A DNA stretch of 64,000 bases, from contig JAYWIR010000021.1 of assembly GCA_036172245.1 (NCBI GenBank), forward strand, positions 930,001 through 994,000, given 5' to 3'. The position numbers and the translations under genes are program-made. The DNA comes from Raillietiella orientalis. Taxonomy: Eukaryota. Shown here piece by piece: positions 51,561-64,000 of this stretch. Each line of letters begins with the position of its first letter. The stretch's first letter is position 1. The notes beneath the pieces are model-generated. The model searched no databases. It was not told the DNA's origin and saw only the letters and a list, made by a program, of their open reading frames with translations.

Positions 51561-54044
51561 CCCCACGCTGCTCATCGTGCCTTCCAGGTTTATGGTTCCC
51601 TATTCTTTTTCCCACACGTGAAAAAAGATCCTTAGGTGTCCACGAACGCGTCTGCGGTTCTCGATATTACGAATTGAGCTTTGCCACCTGCAGGTGAACG
51701 CGGAGTTGCCTTTTTTTCACGCGCGGGTGTCTTCCTGATGGTGAGATGGAATTTCCTCCAGACTTTCGCTGATCCTAACGGTTTTGGATTGCACCTCCGA
51801 CTGGTGGATCCACCGTGGATCGAAGACTCTGCCGCCGCTTTGCGCACGTCCCAATCGAAGAACGGCCCTCTCAGCGTGGCGCTCCGACTCGGAGCCGTAA
51901 GAAACTTTGTACCACAAACTAAGGCGACGCTTGCGGGAGGAAACGTTGGGGACGGCCCTTTAGCTGGCAATCCCGGCTGCGAATGCAGGGCTCCGTGGAG
52001 AATGCAGGACCGGAATTGGAAAGTCAAAAAACATCCCCTCGCGGAACTTTCTTGCCACGATCTCTGGGAGGACCTTCGATCAGAAAGGAATACACGAGCG
52101 GGTCTGTTAGGAAAACCGAAAAGGGCAATCATCGGATTGCTTAAAACGAAGAAACGCGAGCATCGACCGGGAAACCGGAAGTTAAAGGGGGCTTGCACGT
52201 GAGAAACTTTCCGGATCGCCATGCCCCTCCCTGAGATACCTTCAGCACCATTTCCAGAATATCAAAAGCCGTCCATCACCGCTCTCGCGCCAAAACGCGA
52301 TGGCAGACTGCATTGGGGTGGCTGCTGCTCCCACTTGTCCTGGGCGATGATGGCCTTTGCAGCACAAAGTCTTCAAGTTGTGCTCTTCTGAAAACGCGAG
52401 GGCTATGCTTCCGAAACAGCAGTGCCAAACTAAATGCAAAACAGCAACAGGCTTTTTGTCTTACTAAGGAAAACCACAAATAGATTTTCGTTGTGGTTCT
52501 GAAAACTGCCAGATTCGGGTGCTGTCCTTCTAAACGATTGGCACTGCTGTGGGTCCCTGGAAGAGGTGCCTATCGGTCCAAACCAATAGGTCAACGGGAT
52601 GGCAGTGTAATTTGGAAACAAATAACACCATGATGAACCACACACCGAAAAAACTGGCATCATCGAACAAGCAATAAAAACGAGACAAAAAAAAAAAAAA
52701 AAAACTATGTACTGGAGAAATCCGGTGCACAAGTTTTTTTGGAGGGATTATTTTTTCCCTCCCGGAAGTTTCCCCTTCTTGCCTTCTGTAATTTGCCAAT
52801 ATGAAACTCTGTACACACATGAGCTGGAAAGGCAAAGTAATGTGCGGTTTAAGATATAAGTGCTCTGTCTAACTGCTCTGCAACGCAGATATTTTGTATT
52901 AAGCCAAAGGTAATGAGCCATTTACATTTTCAAAAGGTTTCTTGCTTTCCTCTTTCATATCTGAAATATTCCAACTCACTCCAGAGAAATTACACTTTTG
53001 TTTTGAACAAGATCAATACCGTTATGCTTGTTGAAAAGCAAAATTGCAATTAGTCATCATGGCTAATTTTCATTGCTAGCCTCGAAAACAGAAACGGTGA
53101 CAGTTTGTTAAAGAAAAATACATAAACTGAAAACACTTGCTTCCAAAATGCTTGCTTTCCAAAATTTGAAATGGAAAATGAGACCCGAAGGATGCAGGAT
53201 GAAAGAATCTTATAGTAACACTTCAGTTATAAGCAAACTGAGAGAAGATGAACACATCAGATAGGTAAGGGGCATGCGAAGATTATACGAAACACAAGAG
53301 CTCCAGTATTTTTTTTTTTTTCTCACTGCACCACATAATGTATCAATCTTTTCAGATGCACAAGTTCTAAGGAAGGCAGTGAAGTAAATGGTAGAATAGC
53401 TTATTCAAAAGTAGTGTTTGATATTATCTGAATGATGAACTATAAAATTACTGGAAGGTATTTAGGTTCACCTTCCTACAGAAGGATGCTTCCCATCTGA
53501 TTAGAATGCATCTTATTCTTTCACAAATTTCACTAATGAAATAAAGAAAACAGAATTTGAGAACTGAAAAGGAAACCCAAAAGGTGAACTGATTTGCTGA
53601 TTAATCGATAATATAAAAACGAACTAATAGTGTTCTGATATTAAGACTGCTGTTGATTAATTTTTTTTCTTCTGTTTTTACTTAACCTCAAGGCTTTTTG
53701 TTTTTTGTAAAAGAGGGTCAGCAGAGATACAACATTTAAAGCAGCACAAACGAATTAAATGGATATTTCCTGATGCAGAAGAAACTTTCTACATCATGAA
53801 ACAATAAAAAGACAAGATACATAGCTTCCAACGCTGTTTATTTGTAAACTTCTGAAATACACAAATTAATCTTAAGGCTCAGATAAACTGTGGTATTTTC
53901 AAATTTCATCCCAAGCAGTCACTACTTTGATAAATTATAATTATGCCAAAAGTGGCTGTTCAACAGAAATGAATAAGCATCATTCATTACAATCATCCAT
54001 GACACATGTTGTAAAAATAAGAATACAATGATAATCACCTCAAA

Positions 54045-54704
54045 TTAATCATTTCCTTCGTCTTCTTCTTCTTCTTCATTGTCAATCTAATGATTTTAAA
54101 TTAAAGATATGAATAGGGCTAAAAACAATTGTTTACCTGGAAATAACGTAGCTCATAACTATCCTTATCTTTATGAACTACTCTCAACCAGTCCCTTAAA
54201 TTTTCTTTCTTCAAATATTTTTTTGTTAAGTACTTTAAATACCTGGAAGAAACCTCGTTTGCAAACATTTAGAAAACTAGGATGAATACCTCTTAGAGAA
54301 CTTTATATCAGCTGATAAGATGACTTTGTTTTTATGACTTTCCAACGATAAAACATTCCCAAAATTGTTGGTTTTGCCTTGTACTTTAATTCTTTCTCTT
54401 AAAAATTTTTCCTTAAGAAATTAAATATTTGTCACAGTTAGTACAAGTTGCTTGTTAGAATTATTGCTGCATCATAACTGGGACAAAAAATACTTACGAA
54501 ATTGCTTACAACCAACATTTCATCTTCGGCTGGTTGGGTGCAATCGATAACATATTCAATACTTTTCTTAGCTTGCTGTTTTTTGTTAACAGCAGAGACT
54601 TTGGACTTCTTTTTCTACAAAAGAACACAAATACTTTCTAGCAATAATCTTTTCAGAAGTATTTAATATAAAACAATTAATGCAATCTGATAATATACCA
54701 ACAT
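54045..54704 (-). CDS. RPL22: 60S ribosomal protein L22 (eL22)
   Basis: Minus-strand exons give [130 protein letters not shown]. The two-codon first exon (ATG at 54704) is inferred. Confidence 0.95.
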
Positions 54705-56139
54705 TACTTGACCGAGACTGATCTTCAATATTTCAAAGTGTTACAAAACTTATAAGACTAGAAAATGCCACATTATGTGCGACTTTGCATAATGCTGCAT
54801 AATCAGGATGTTTTCTTTCTCCTGCCTTCTACATGCCGACTAAATACTCATTAAAATATCAGAAATCCAATTTATCTTAGAAAATTATGCTATCGATTTG
54901 CAGAAATTTGCCAAAGACTTGAAGAAATGCAAAAAATGTACATTATGTTTGTTTTACCATACTCCCCTACTTGAAAAAAAAAAAAAAAGAAAAAAAAAAT
55001 CATATAATTGAGCATCACTTGACATTGCTGCATACGACTTCGACATTCATTTGAATCGAAAAGTTATTCAATTTCGATATTTGTTGATACTTATTTAGCA
55101 AAATGCTTACCAAAACTTTAACAACCATGATGCACTTCCTTATTCAAGGAATCGGAAAGCAAACTCTTTCGCCAAATTCCACATTGCAGCTTCTAATAAA
55201 ATTCGGAGAAATATCCAAGAATCAAATATTCCTCATGAATTTTGGTCAAACTAATTTCAAAAATTCGATTTTCACGTGAAAAAAGTGATCACATAATCAA
55301 ATATTGAGATAAAAAGTAATAACCGAAGTGAATCCATAATTGCTTTCAGTGACATGATTTTACAATACAATAGTCATGTAAAATAAAGAGGCCAAAATTT
55401 AAAAACATTTAAACAAATAAGCAGCACAGTACGAACATTTTTGAAGGAAATTCTAAACATTACGTCCGTGTTATTTGGTTATTCAATATTTTCGAATGAG
55501 TGTTTTTTCATAATAATAATTTGGCAAAATAGTTCACGAGCACGATTAAGTTGTAATTCGTGCACCTGGAAATTTTTGCATGTTTTATTCTATGAAGGAT
55601 TTCTGAATATCTCAGGATGTAAAATGTAATTACATCGGTCCGGACATGAAGAAGGCAATACAAAAGACTCATTTCACAAAGACGAATGCTTTGAAAACGG
55701 GATATTCTTTTTCTCTGGGAAGTGTTTTAAAAAGTTTTTGAATCTTTTTTCTAACAGAAAGGAAGTCGTCTGGTTAAAGAAAAGCTGCCTCAATATGGAT
55801 AAGCATACAAAATGTGAATGTAAATTCGTTTATGAAAAAGAAATAAGATAACTGTGTTTCAATGTAAGGGTGATTACGGAGTCATTCTGATAAGAATCTG
55901 TTCAAATAAATTTCAGATTTTTCTCCGCATGAACATCCGACCCGAACAACGTACAACCATAAAAATATAATACATACGTACATGATTGTGATCAAATATT
56001 GTAAGACTTGTGCTGCAGATCAATTAATTAGCTTCATGTTTGGAAACTCGTATCTTGAGTAGTATTTTACATGTGATGAAGGACAGAACGCTATCTTTTT
56101 TTACTTTCACATATTATGCCGCTATTTCATCCCTTTTCA

Positions 56140-59100
56140 AGCTCGTGGAGAACTTGAGCGATACGTAGAAGTTTGTCGAAAAAAATTTGCAACGACAGAG
56201 ATCACATTCGTTATGCAGAATGGTCCTGCCGAACTGATCCTGAAGTCCAGAATCTCTATGTAACGTGAAGGTTTTGATGCAAGGAGCGTGATGGTCGGGG
56301 TAGTTCATCGTCATTTGCATTCCAAACATAATAGCATGACAAGTATTGCTGTGTAAATTGATTACATGTTCCATCATGGGCGCTACTCATCGAGAGAGAT
56401 ACATGAGTTTAAATGTTTATCTCAATGTGCCGATTCACTTTATTGGGTTGACATGTGATAAGTCGCGGAGGTGTCTCAGAGCATCAAATCCATCTTGAAA
56501 ATATCGTTGAAAACTCTGTTGAAGTCCATGTTCTGAAGCAAAAAAAAAAAAAAAATCAAAAAAAGAGCATGCAAAATAAATACCGGAGCTCGAGACTTCA
56601 AACTTCATGGAGAGCATTAGACCCGAAAATCATCTACGATTTGCTGTTTATTCAAGAGTTTAAAATGGAAGGAAAGAATGAAAAAACAGAATGAGCTCGA
56701 CGCAGGATAAGAAATCTTCCTCTGTTGCGATGGACCTCGGTTGGAGAAGGTCGTTCATGTGCAATGAAAATCGATGGTAACCGGAGGGACAGAAGAAATC
56801 CAACGTTGGCCGCAGTCTGCTGATGTGAAATTACTATTCTTAATTCTTTGAAAAATGCTTCACTTCATCCAAACTCCCGCCAAACTTTCTTCACAAAAAT
56901 GCAAACTGCAGTTGTTTTTGTTAAGGGCCAGTCAATACATCTACCTTTTTGGATGATTTTTGCATTCTTTTTTATTCCGTTCCCTTGAAAAAAAAAGTTT
57001 CTGATGCGTTCTATTCCTTTGTAAGATTGAAAGAATCAGAAAAAAATTTACGGGAATTTCATGTTCGTTTGCTTTTATGAAAAGTGAGAACACGACTGCG
57101 AGTTTTGCAGTGTTCTCACTGACCCTCAGCGTGACGAATCAAATCCAAGGTATGGATGGTTTCCTTTCAAAAATGGAAAATCCAACATGAAGACCTATTC
57201 TCGGATTTGGAAATACTGGCTGATTACATAGGCTGCCTATTCTGCCTTTGTGCATAGCTTTCCGGGGGCAGCAATTCTTGCAAGAAATTTGATAATCAGT
57301 GCCATGTTTCTCTCTCTGGGATGGTCACAAATGAGTGAGCATCTCAGAACAAATAGAATATGCACTGATGGAAACCACCCGACGCGAGTTATTTGGGGGC
57401 GTCATGCCAACCGTGTCCGACGAGCTTCATTTGAGGCCAAGTATTCGTTTTAACCAAGCATTTCCACGGGGAGGATGGACAAAAGAGCTGAGTCACCTGT
57501 TGGAAACAGTGAGGGTGCAAGAAAACGAGCGGGAGCACTTGTTTGGATGCGGAGCGGCGGAGATGTTTTTCTCCACGAAAAGCAATGCTGGTGTCGGATA
57601 AATCCACAAGACACGTGAAGCCATAATGAAAAAAATTCCCCAAATGTGTACGCAGGTTCACTTGTAATTAACTGAACGAAACTTTTCTCTTCCTTTGCTG
57701 GGGTGTCATCTAAGGACTAACTAAGAGCAAGAGTCTGGGGAAAGCATAAAGGACAGCCTCTCTCTCTGGAGTGTGTGCTTCCTCATTTAGTGAGCATCCG
57801 TGCACGGATCCAGGCAGCCCGACGTTGCAGCCGGCGGGCACGACCTAATGCTGCCTCCCTGATTCCCATTTCCACGCCCGCGGCTTAGTGTATCGTTCAT
57901 GGAACCGATTTGCAGACACATGTTCAATAAGAGTATAAGGGAATGTACGTATTCGATTTTTATGGCACATAAATACCAGACTTCAAACAGAAATCAAATG
58001 AACGGGAGATTGAAAGTGGTGTGGACAAGAAAAGTAGGCTTGAAGGTGGCGAGAACTGTTCACGTCCGAGGGAAGTTCAGCAGGCCTACTAGTGACACGA
58101 AGAGCCTCGAGATCGTTGGCAGACGAGCCTTCGGAAGAATGAGGGTGACCTGGACGTAAGGGAATAACAATAGTTGACTGGAATGTCTCAATGCAGAGAA
58201 GGATGGCTCTCCCTGACGAACAAGCACCCGGATCAAGGGATGGATATAGTCTTCCATGGGATGGCATCGCACACATCAGAACACTTCCTCCTCAGCAGAG
58301 AGCACATAAGGTTCTGTGACTCACGCTTTGTGCTTGAGGCAAGGCTCAACCTTCTGCTCCCGCACCAGCTGGGTGCCCACCAGGAACGAAGCAGCTGAGA
58401 TGTGCCGAAGACGCTGGGCACGGAAGGAATCGCCTGCACGCATCCTACTCATTCTGAACACGTCGAACCTGCAGCCCGTCTTTGATCTCCTTGAGGCTCA
58501 AGGAGAGGGCAGCACGTGTCAGAAGGCTACGTGGGAGAATTGGGAGCTGGCGGCCTTCAATGCAGCCTATACCCGGCTTGCATTCCCTGATCAGGCGCGA
58601 CTTAGTCCTGGAAGATTGCCCGATAAAGGAAGAAGAAATGCACATGAAAAAAACGAGCTCTTCACTTGTCGGACAAAGGTGTCCCTGAGCCAACGAGAGC
58701 ACTCGTCGCGGGATCCTTGGGACCCAGAGGACAACGGGTCAGCTGTTAGAACACACGGGTTCGTAGGTTCCGGCAATCCTCTTCTTCCGTGACGTCTGTC
58801 GGAACCATTTCCTAGGAGATGGACTGCAAAAAAAAAAAAAGGAACCGTACGTGAACAGCACCCACGACTAGTCGTTGTCATGGACGAAATGGTGGCGAAT
58901 CTCCCTCGCCAGCTGATGTGAACCTGTCATCCTGTCAAACTTCAAAAGTACTTTACATCCTGTCAAAATGCAAAGTAAATAACTACTTCCTGTCGGGTGA
59001 AGGTAAATTGAACATATGAACAGGATGAACCACAAATCACCGTGGGAGAGCACATTTGACCGGAATAGGAGGAGGAAATTCACTTCCAGCCTGTCCACGC

Positions 59101-59900
59101 TTCGGAGCGTGGAGGCGGACTCTTCCTGGTGGTCACCCAGACCTCACGCGATCTCACCTTCACTCCACAGACACTTTCGAAAATAACACGGAACAAAGCT
59201 CGGACATCATGGAGACAAGAAATCGGTCAGCATCGGCATCTCAGAAAGGTTATAAGGTTGAAGAACAAAAACGAGCCATGAACCTTTCCGGTTGCCATTT
59301 TGTCAGTCGACCTTCCAGCCATTTCGAGTTGGCAAACGGTGGTGGCTCGTGAACGCATAGCCACTCACGGGCTCATGGCAGCGTTCCAGAGTTCCCAAGT
59401 AGCAGCTGGCTTTTCGAGCAAGGAGCAGAGTAATCTCAGCGAAGACGTGGGTCGCCGTTCGTACTGCCGGATCTCTGGTGTCCCCGCACCGCCCTGATCC
59501 TCCTTGAGGTGCTGCAACCACCGGGGTGCACCGATCCCGGTGGAAGAGAGGATGTGCTCGAAGCCGCATCGCACGGAAGTGATGTTCGCTCGAGTCGCGC
59601 TGCAAGAGATCAACGTGCTGCAGGAACCACGGAATTCCTGGGTGTCGCCGTCCTGGGAGCGCTCTTCCTGCACTGTTCCTTGGCGGTCTCCTCGGGCTTT
59701 CGAGGATCGCTTTGAACGGAGACGAAGTCACGGACACAAATGCCCTATTCTCCTGATTGCAATTCCTTACTCAAACTGCTTGTCGTTTGAAGAACAGGAA
59801 CTCGAGGAACCTAGGAACAGGGATTCGAATCCGCTTTTTGCTTTGCATGGGGAATTCTTGAACTGCACCGCAGCGAAACGCATTTTCTGTTGGAGGCAGC
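56140..59900 (+). other. Coding-like region, probable spliced gene(s) of unknown product
   Basis: Exon-like segments with raised GC and GT/AG borders (e.g. ARGELERYVEVCRKKFATTEITFVMQNG at ~56141; ILLILNTSNLQPVFDLLEAQ at ~58440); no family recognised. Confidence 0.25.
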
Positions 59901-62873
59901 TAAATGCTAAGCTACAAACGGAAACACACCGTAACATGTTGTTAAGCCAATACATATGCATTAACAAAACCTCTACAATTACGAACGGTCATGCTACACA
60001 TTTCGACTTGTTTCACTTGCTTCACACGTAGACTGCTTTCTGGAGAAAGAAGTTTAGCAAACTTTGCAAAAGACATTACTAATCTTAATGGCAACATGAG
60101 ATCATGTTTGGCACATAATACTGCTGAACTGTTTAAGTTTCAGGAGTAAATGAAACTTTATGCACGTATGTTCCCAAATAATAAACTAATATCCACATTC
60201 TTTGATTCTATAGCCTGGTAAATAATGCATACTAATGAGGTGACTGATTACTGAGCCAGTTGAATTGCTAGAAATAATTGAGGCTTTTGTAAAAAAAAAA
60301 AAAAAGCTTTGCTTAGTAAATAATCTAAATAGCTGCCGTGAATTACAGAAAAGCTCTTTAATACAAGCTTTGTGTCTGATAAAATTGGTAAAAAAAATCT
60401 TCATCTGTCTCACTGAGGATGACCATTTGTAGATGCTTCATGCAATCACCTACAATATCGTGAAAATAGTATTTAAACATCAGGCATCAAAATTGTCCTA
60501 CACAGTGACATGGTGAGCAAATTAATGAGCTCATTGATGAGCAGCTTCTTTACTTAGTATCACTTTTGAATCAGAATAAAGTCCACAATTCAAAAAAACA
60601 TTACCAGCTAATTCAGGGAATCAGAGAAGTCTGCTCAGAGAAAGGCTCTAGTCCTGACTAAAGACATGAAAGGGAGTCTTGGAAAGAACTGTTGAATAAC
60701 AGCATGTAAGTTTTCCAGTATAATAAATCCGTGATCAGGCAAATTAGACAACAGCAGTAACAACATCATGAAGTGCTGCATATCTTTATACACCCATACA
60801 CAAACAGAAACACCTTGCATATCCTAAACATCAGTCCAAATTTATGAGCACCTGATATGAATAACCTCAAAGAGAGAGAAAAAAAAAGAAATACCCAACA
60901 AAATCAACAATCACACTCCACGAATAGTGTATTTGTCATCTTGGAAAAATGCACGGCAGCAGTACTAATAGCCAATCAGAACGAATGGACGGACACCAGA
61001 CTACACTGATAAACCAGAGAATGTATCTGTACTATCAAGAACATAACAAAAAACATTTATCAATGATAACCCATGTTAGAGATGAGCCAGTCAAGCCAAT
61101 CATGCTCAGGAATGGGACAAACAGAAACCTGAAGAATCGTCCGTGATTTGGGTCCGATACTAATGCTTTGAAAATGGATGGAAAAGTGACCATGACCAAT
61201 CTCACATGGTGGCAAAAATATGGCGGGGTAAATGCAGCACGGTGCACTTGGGGCTCGCATATAATAAAGTAGATGTTTGTACATCGACAGTCCCAGTTTC
61301 CTGGGGGATACTTAACTAACAGTTTGGAAAAAACTATCACACAACACAAAATTCTCAGTGATGTACATCATTCCACGGTGTCATTTTAAAATTACGATCA
61401 TAGCGATGGTATGCAAACAGTTTCCTCATTAACCTTGAATACGTGTAAAAATGATCCCTTTAATCTTAATTCACCTTTTAATATGGTCACCTGCTATTAC
61501 AACATTAATTTGGCATTTGTCTCTGTTAGATTAAGCCAACCTCGTAAATCGTAAAGATTATTAAAAAACAAAACCTGCATCCACTAAAGGTGAGAAGGCT
61601 TTGATAAGCATGGTAAGAGCTAACAGACAAATGGTGATTAATTTCGTTGTTTTGGCTTGGATTAACAAAATGAAAACACAAGAGCAATGAAACCGCCTTG
61701 CGGCGGCAACAATAAATACTCCACAGTCATGCCACACACAGCCTCCAATCATACAATAATTTGAACAATTCTGACTATTGTGAATGCAGTGCAAATGTCT
61801 GAAAACGGAAACATACGGAATTGTCTAATGTAACATCCAGTTTGGTTCGAATGCATCGAAATTATTACGTTGCCTTGGATATCTGTGAGGGATCATTTAA
61901 ATTTATCAATACCTTCTGACACTAAACCGAACTCGAATAAACGCGACAAAATTGGGCATCTGAAGTATCAAAAGATTCTGGAAATATAGAGCAACAGCGC
62001 AGAAAACACAAAATACAAATCAGCATATATAGGTTCCCAAATGTTGGACGAAACCATAATGATCTTCCTGAATGAATACTAATTATCAAGTTAGACATTC
62101 CATAGAATGTGAACTCTGTGATATATTACACATTAGGTATAATGCACCATACACTGTTATGGGAAACCCATCATCCCTCGGTCGCGCGCAGCCATCCAAA
62201 AGCACTAAACATAAGGGAACATCATCACTGAATCACCACGCAGTAGGTCACCTTTGCCTCTCTTCGGAACGATGAATATTCATTCATTATAGCAAGAAAG
62301 TAGGAGTGCCGAAATGTCAATCATCAATCGTTTAAATTATTTCATGCCTTGGAACATGTCCCAAATCTCTAGACAAAATCGGATTGCAATAGATTCTAGC
62401 CAGCCAACTATGAAGAGCACCAGGCAGTAGTTCTAAGAATTGTCTTTTCATGTGTTCAGGGACTTCTAGAGGCATGTACAGAATTGAATTTCTGACTACT
62501 CTCTGCCTACTAAGCTCAAAATTCTTATTTAGTCTCTATCTTTGTGTACTGGGAATACAAAGACAGATCTCTATAAAACAATGTAAACCTAAGGAAGAAA
62601 TAAGTCATAGGTGCGGATTCTCATTCTTCAGCCACCTTATAACCTCTACTTTGTCGAATCTGTTTGTGAAGTAGGAGCTAGCATGAGGAGTAAAATCGAG
62701 TAGGAACTGTCATAATCCTGTTGGTTTATGGATTCCACGATTTCACAACTTTTGTGAAACTTTGCGTTCAAATGTAAGATAAATGAATTTTTTTTTCCAC
62801 GAATATTAGCAAAAGTCATCGTAGACACGAGATGCAGTTATTGCTATCATTGCTTTCATTTCAAATAGAGACG

Positions 62874-62911
62874 CATCATTGTCTGGCTCTTCTCAGAGCC
62901 AGACAGTGATG
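62874..62911. repeat. 17-bp inverted repeat (one T-G pair), 4-nt loop
   Basis: CATCATTGTCTGGCTCT - TCTC - AGAGCCAGACAGTGATG. Confidence 0.9.
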
Positions 62912-64000
62912 AATTCTAATTTAAAGAGTCCACCTTTCGCTAGTTTTCTCTATTCCAGAATAAGAATAAAATCCACATATTCTGTCACTCCATGCTGATC
63001 TTTTGTCTGTTTATCTTTTTTCGTTTTTTTCGTCATCTTCTTTTGTCCAGTGGTCTCTTTAAGATACAGACACAGCCACATTCCTTATAGACACATCTTC
63101 ATAGATATTCCTTGTTACTTATAGATGAATTCAAGTCAACATTGATGATACACTTGTAGCCTGCTTTCATTGGTTTTCAGGTACCATCCAGCAATTACCC
63201 ACTTTCCGATTTGCATGTCTGTATCACATCTCATCTTGTTTAGAAGTGACCATGTTGTCTTCAGCTTTTTACAAAGTGATGTGAACTTTTTTATTGAACT
63301 GCATGGAGCAGACACGCAACTATCTGTAGAAAACGTGTCAAGTTCCTTTTGATAGTCGAGCTTCAAAAATTTCTTGTTTTGGGAATATTTCTCTCTTCGG
63401 CGGCACCGGTCTTATGTTTTGTATTCCTTTGCTAAATTTATGAGAAAATATTAGTAAGTATGTGTCATGAGAAAATGTTGCGTCTGACGATGTCTCTTCT
63501 CGCAATGAAATGCAGTTGCTGATGCTTATGACAACCAGTTTGATGTCCACGTATTCCACTGATGAATGCTGGAACCCTGAGTTTACAGAATCCGATGATT
63601 CTTCACGTTCCATGTTCTGATTCCATAGCAACGTGGAGCAGGTAGACGGTAGGTGTTCGTGCCACCCAGATATCCACTCGTTTGCAGTCCCGGATATCAA
63701 TCCTCTCGGAGTCGCACCACCCCCACAGATGGACACTCAGTTGCTTTACACGATATTTCCTGGGAACACCTCTACACCATTTTTGCGGTTGGTGAAATTG
63801 GAGGTTTACGGTTGATTCACGGAATCATTTTCGGATCGCACTGATCGGGTAATGTGTTTAATGGGATTACTCTGGATTCTGACAGCAGTTTCCTTCCTTT
63901 CTTTCCTTTCTTTTTGAGTTGCCATAGGTTTCAGTTTCGTTCGCATACCTAAAGAGATCAATCATCCCAACACAAATGCCATTGCGGAAGCGACTCTTTA

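Larger units (their letters stand above)
38900..52500. other. Intermediate-GC block of coding-like sequence, unassigned (fast-evolving intron-rich genes and/or decayed inserted DNA)
   Basis: Dense short ORFs on both strands, many splice-like signals and protein-like pieces (e.g. + KVLKSILHLLRFDEAFYSKY ~41150; - LNLELYTKHKCQDIFDKIEESGNFIREKY ~50800), but no recognisable domain. Confidence 0.35.

Noticed and set aside
53432..53500. ATGATGA...CTGA, ~70 nt, possible C/D snoRNA
   Set aside because: Only a 2-bp terminal stem, no guide recognised, not in an intron of an identified host gene. An Rfam/snoscan run would settle it.
63060..63230. Minus-strand KWVIAG and YEDVS..ECGC hinting at a TGF-beta ligand
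   Set aside because: The pieces are in different frames and the cystine-knot cysteine spacing is absent.

Overview
Eukaryotic (invertebrate, probably ecdysozoan; inferred from the arthropod-like daughterless N-terminus) genomic DNA with mostly very short (~42-55 nt) GT-AG introns. Six genes can be identified: the 3' part of a DCC/frazzled/unc-40 netrin receptor (+, <1-3118), ZPR1 (+), NAC-alpha (+), COX7C (-, not in the ORF track), an E-protein/daughterless bHLH factor (+, ~11 kb) and RPL22 (-, not in the ORF track). Base composition switches abruptly: very GC/CpG-rich at 1-6100, AT-rich over most of 6200-38500 and 52800-56000, and intermediate at 38900-52500 and 57300-59900. The intermediate blocks look like coding sequence, but I could not assign them to any family. 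The most unusual element is a lone, mutated 28S rRNA 3' fragment (including the sarcin-ricin loop) sitting between inverted (CA)n(TA)n/(TA)n(TG)n microsatellites. Also present: several unrelated near-perfect hairpins, a 61-bp direct repeat, a degenerate ~37-bp repeat array and a poly(A)-tailed candidate retroposed segment. No CRISPR array, tRNA or intact transposon was recognised, and I cannot claim a new system from sequence alone.
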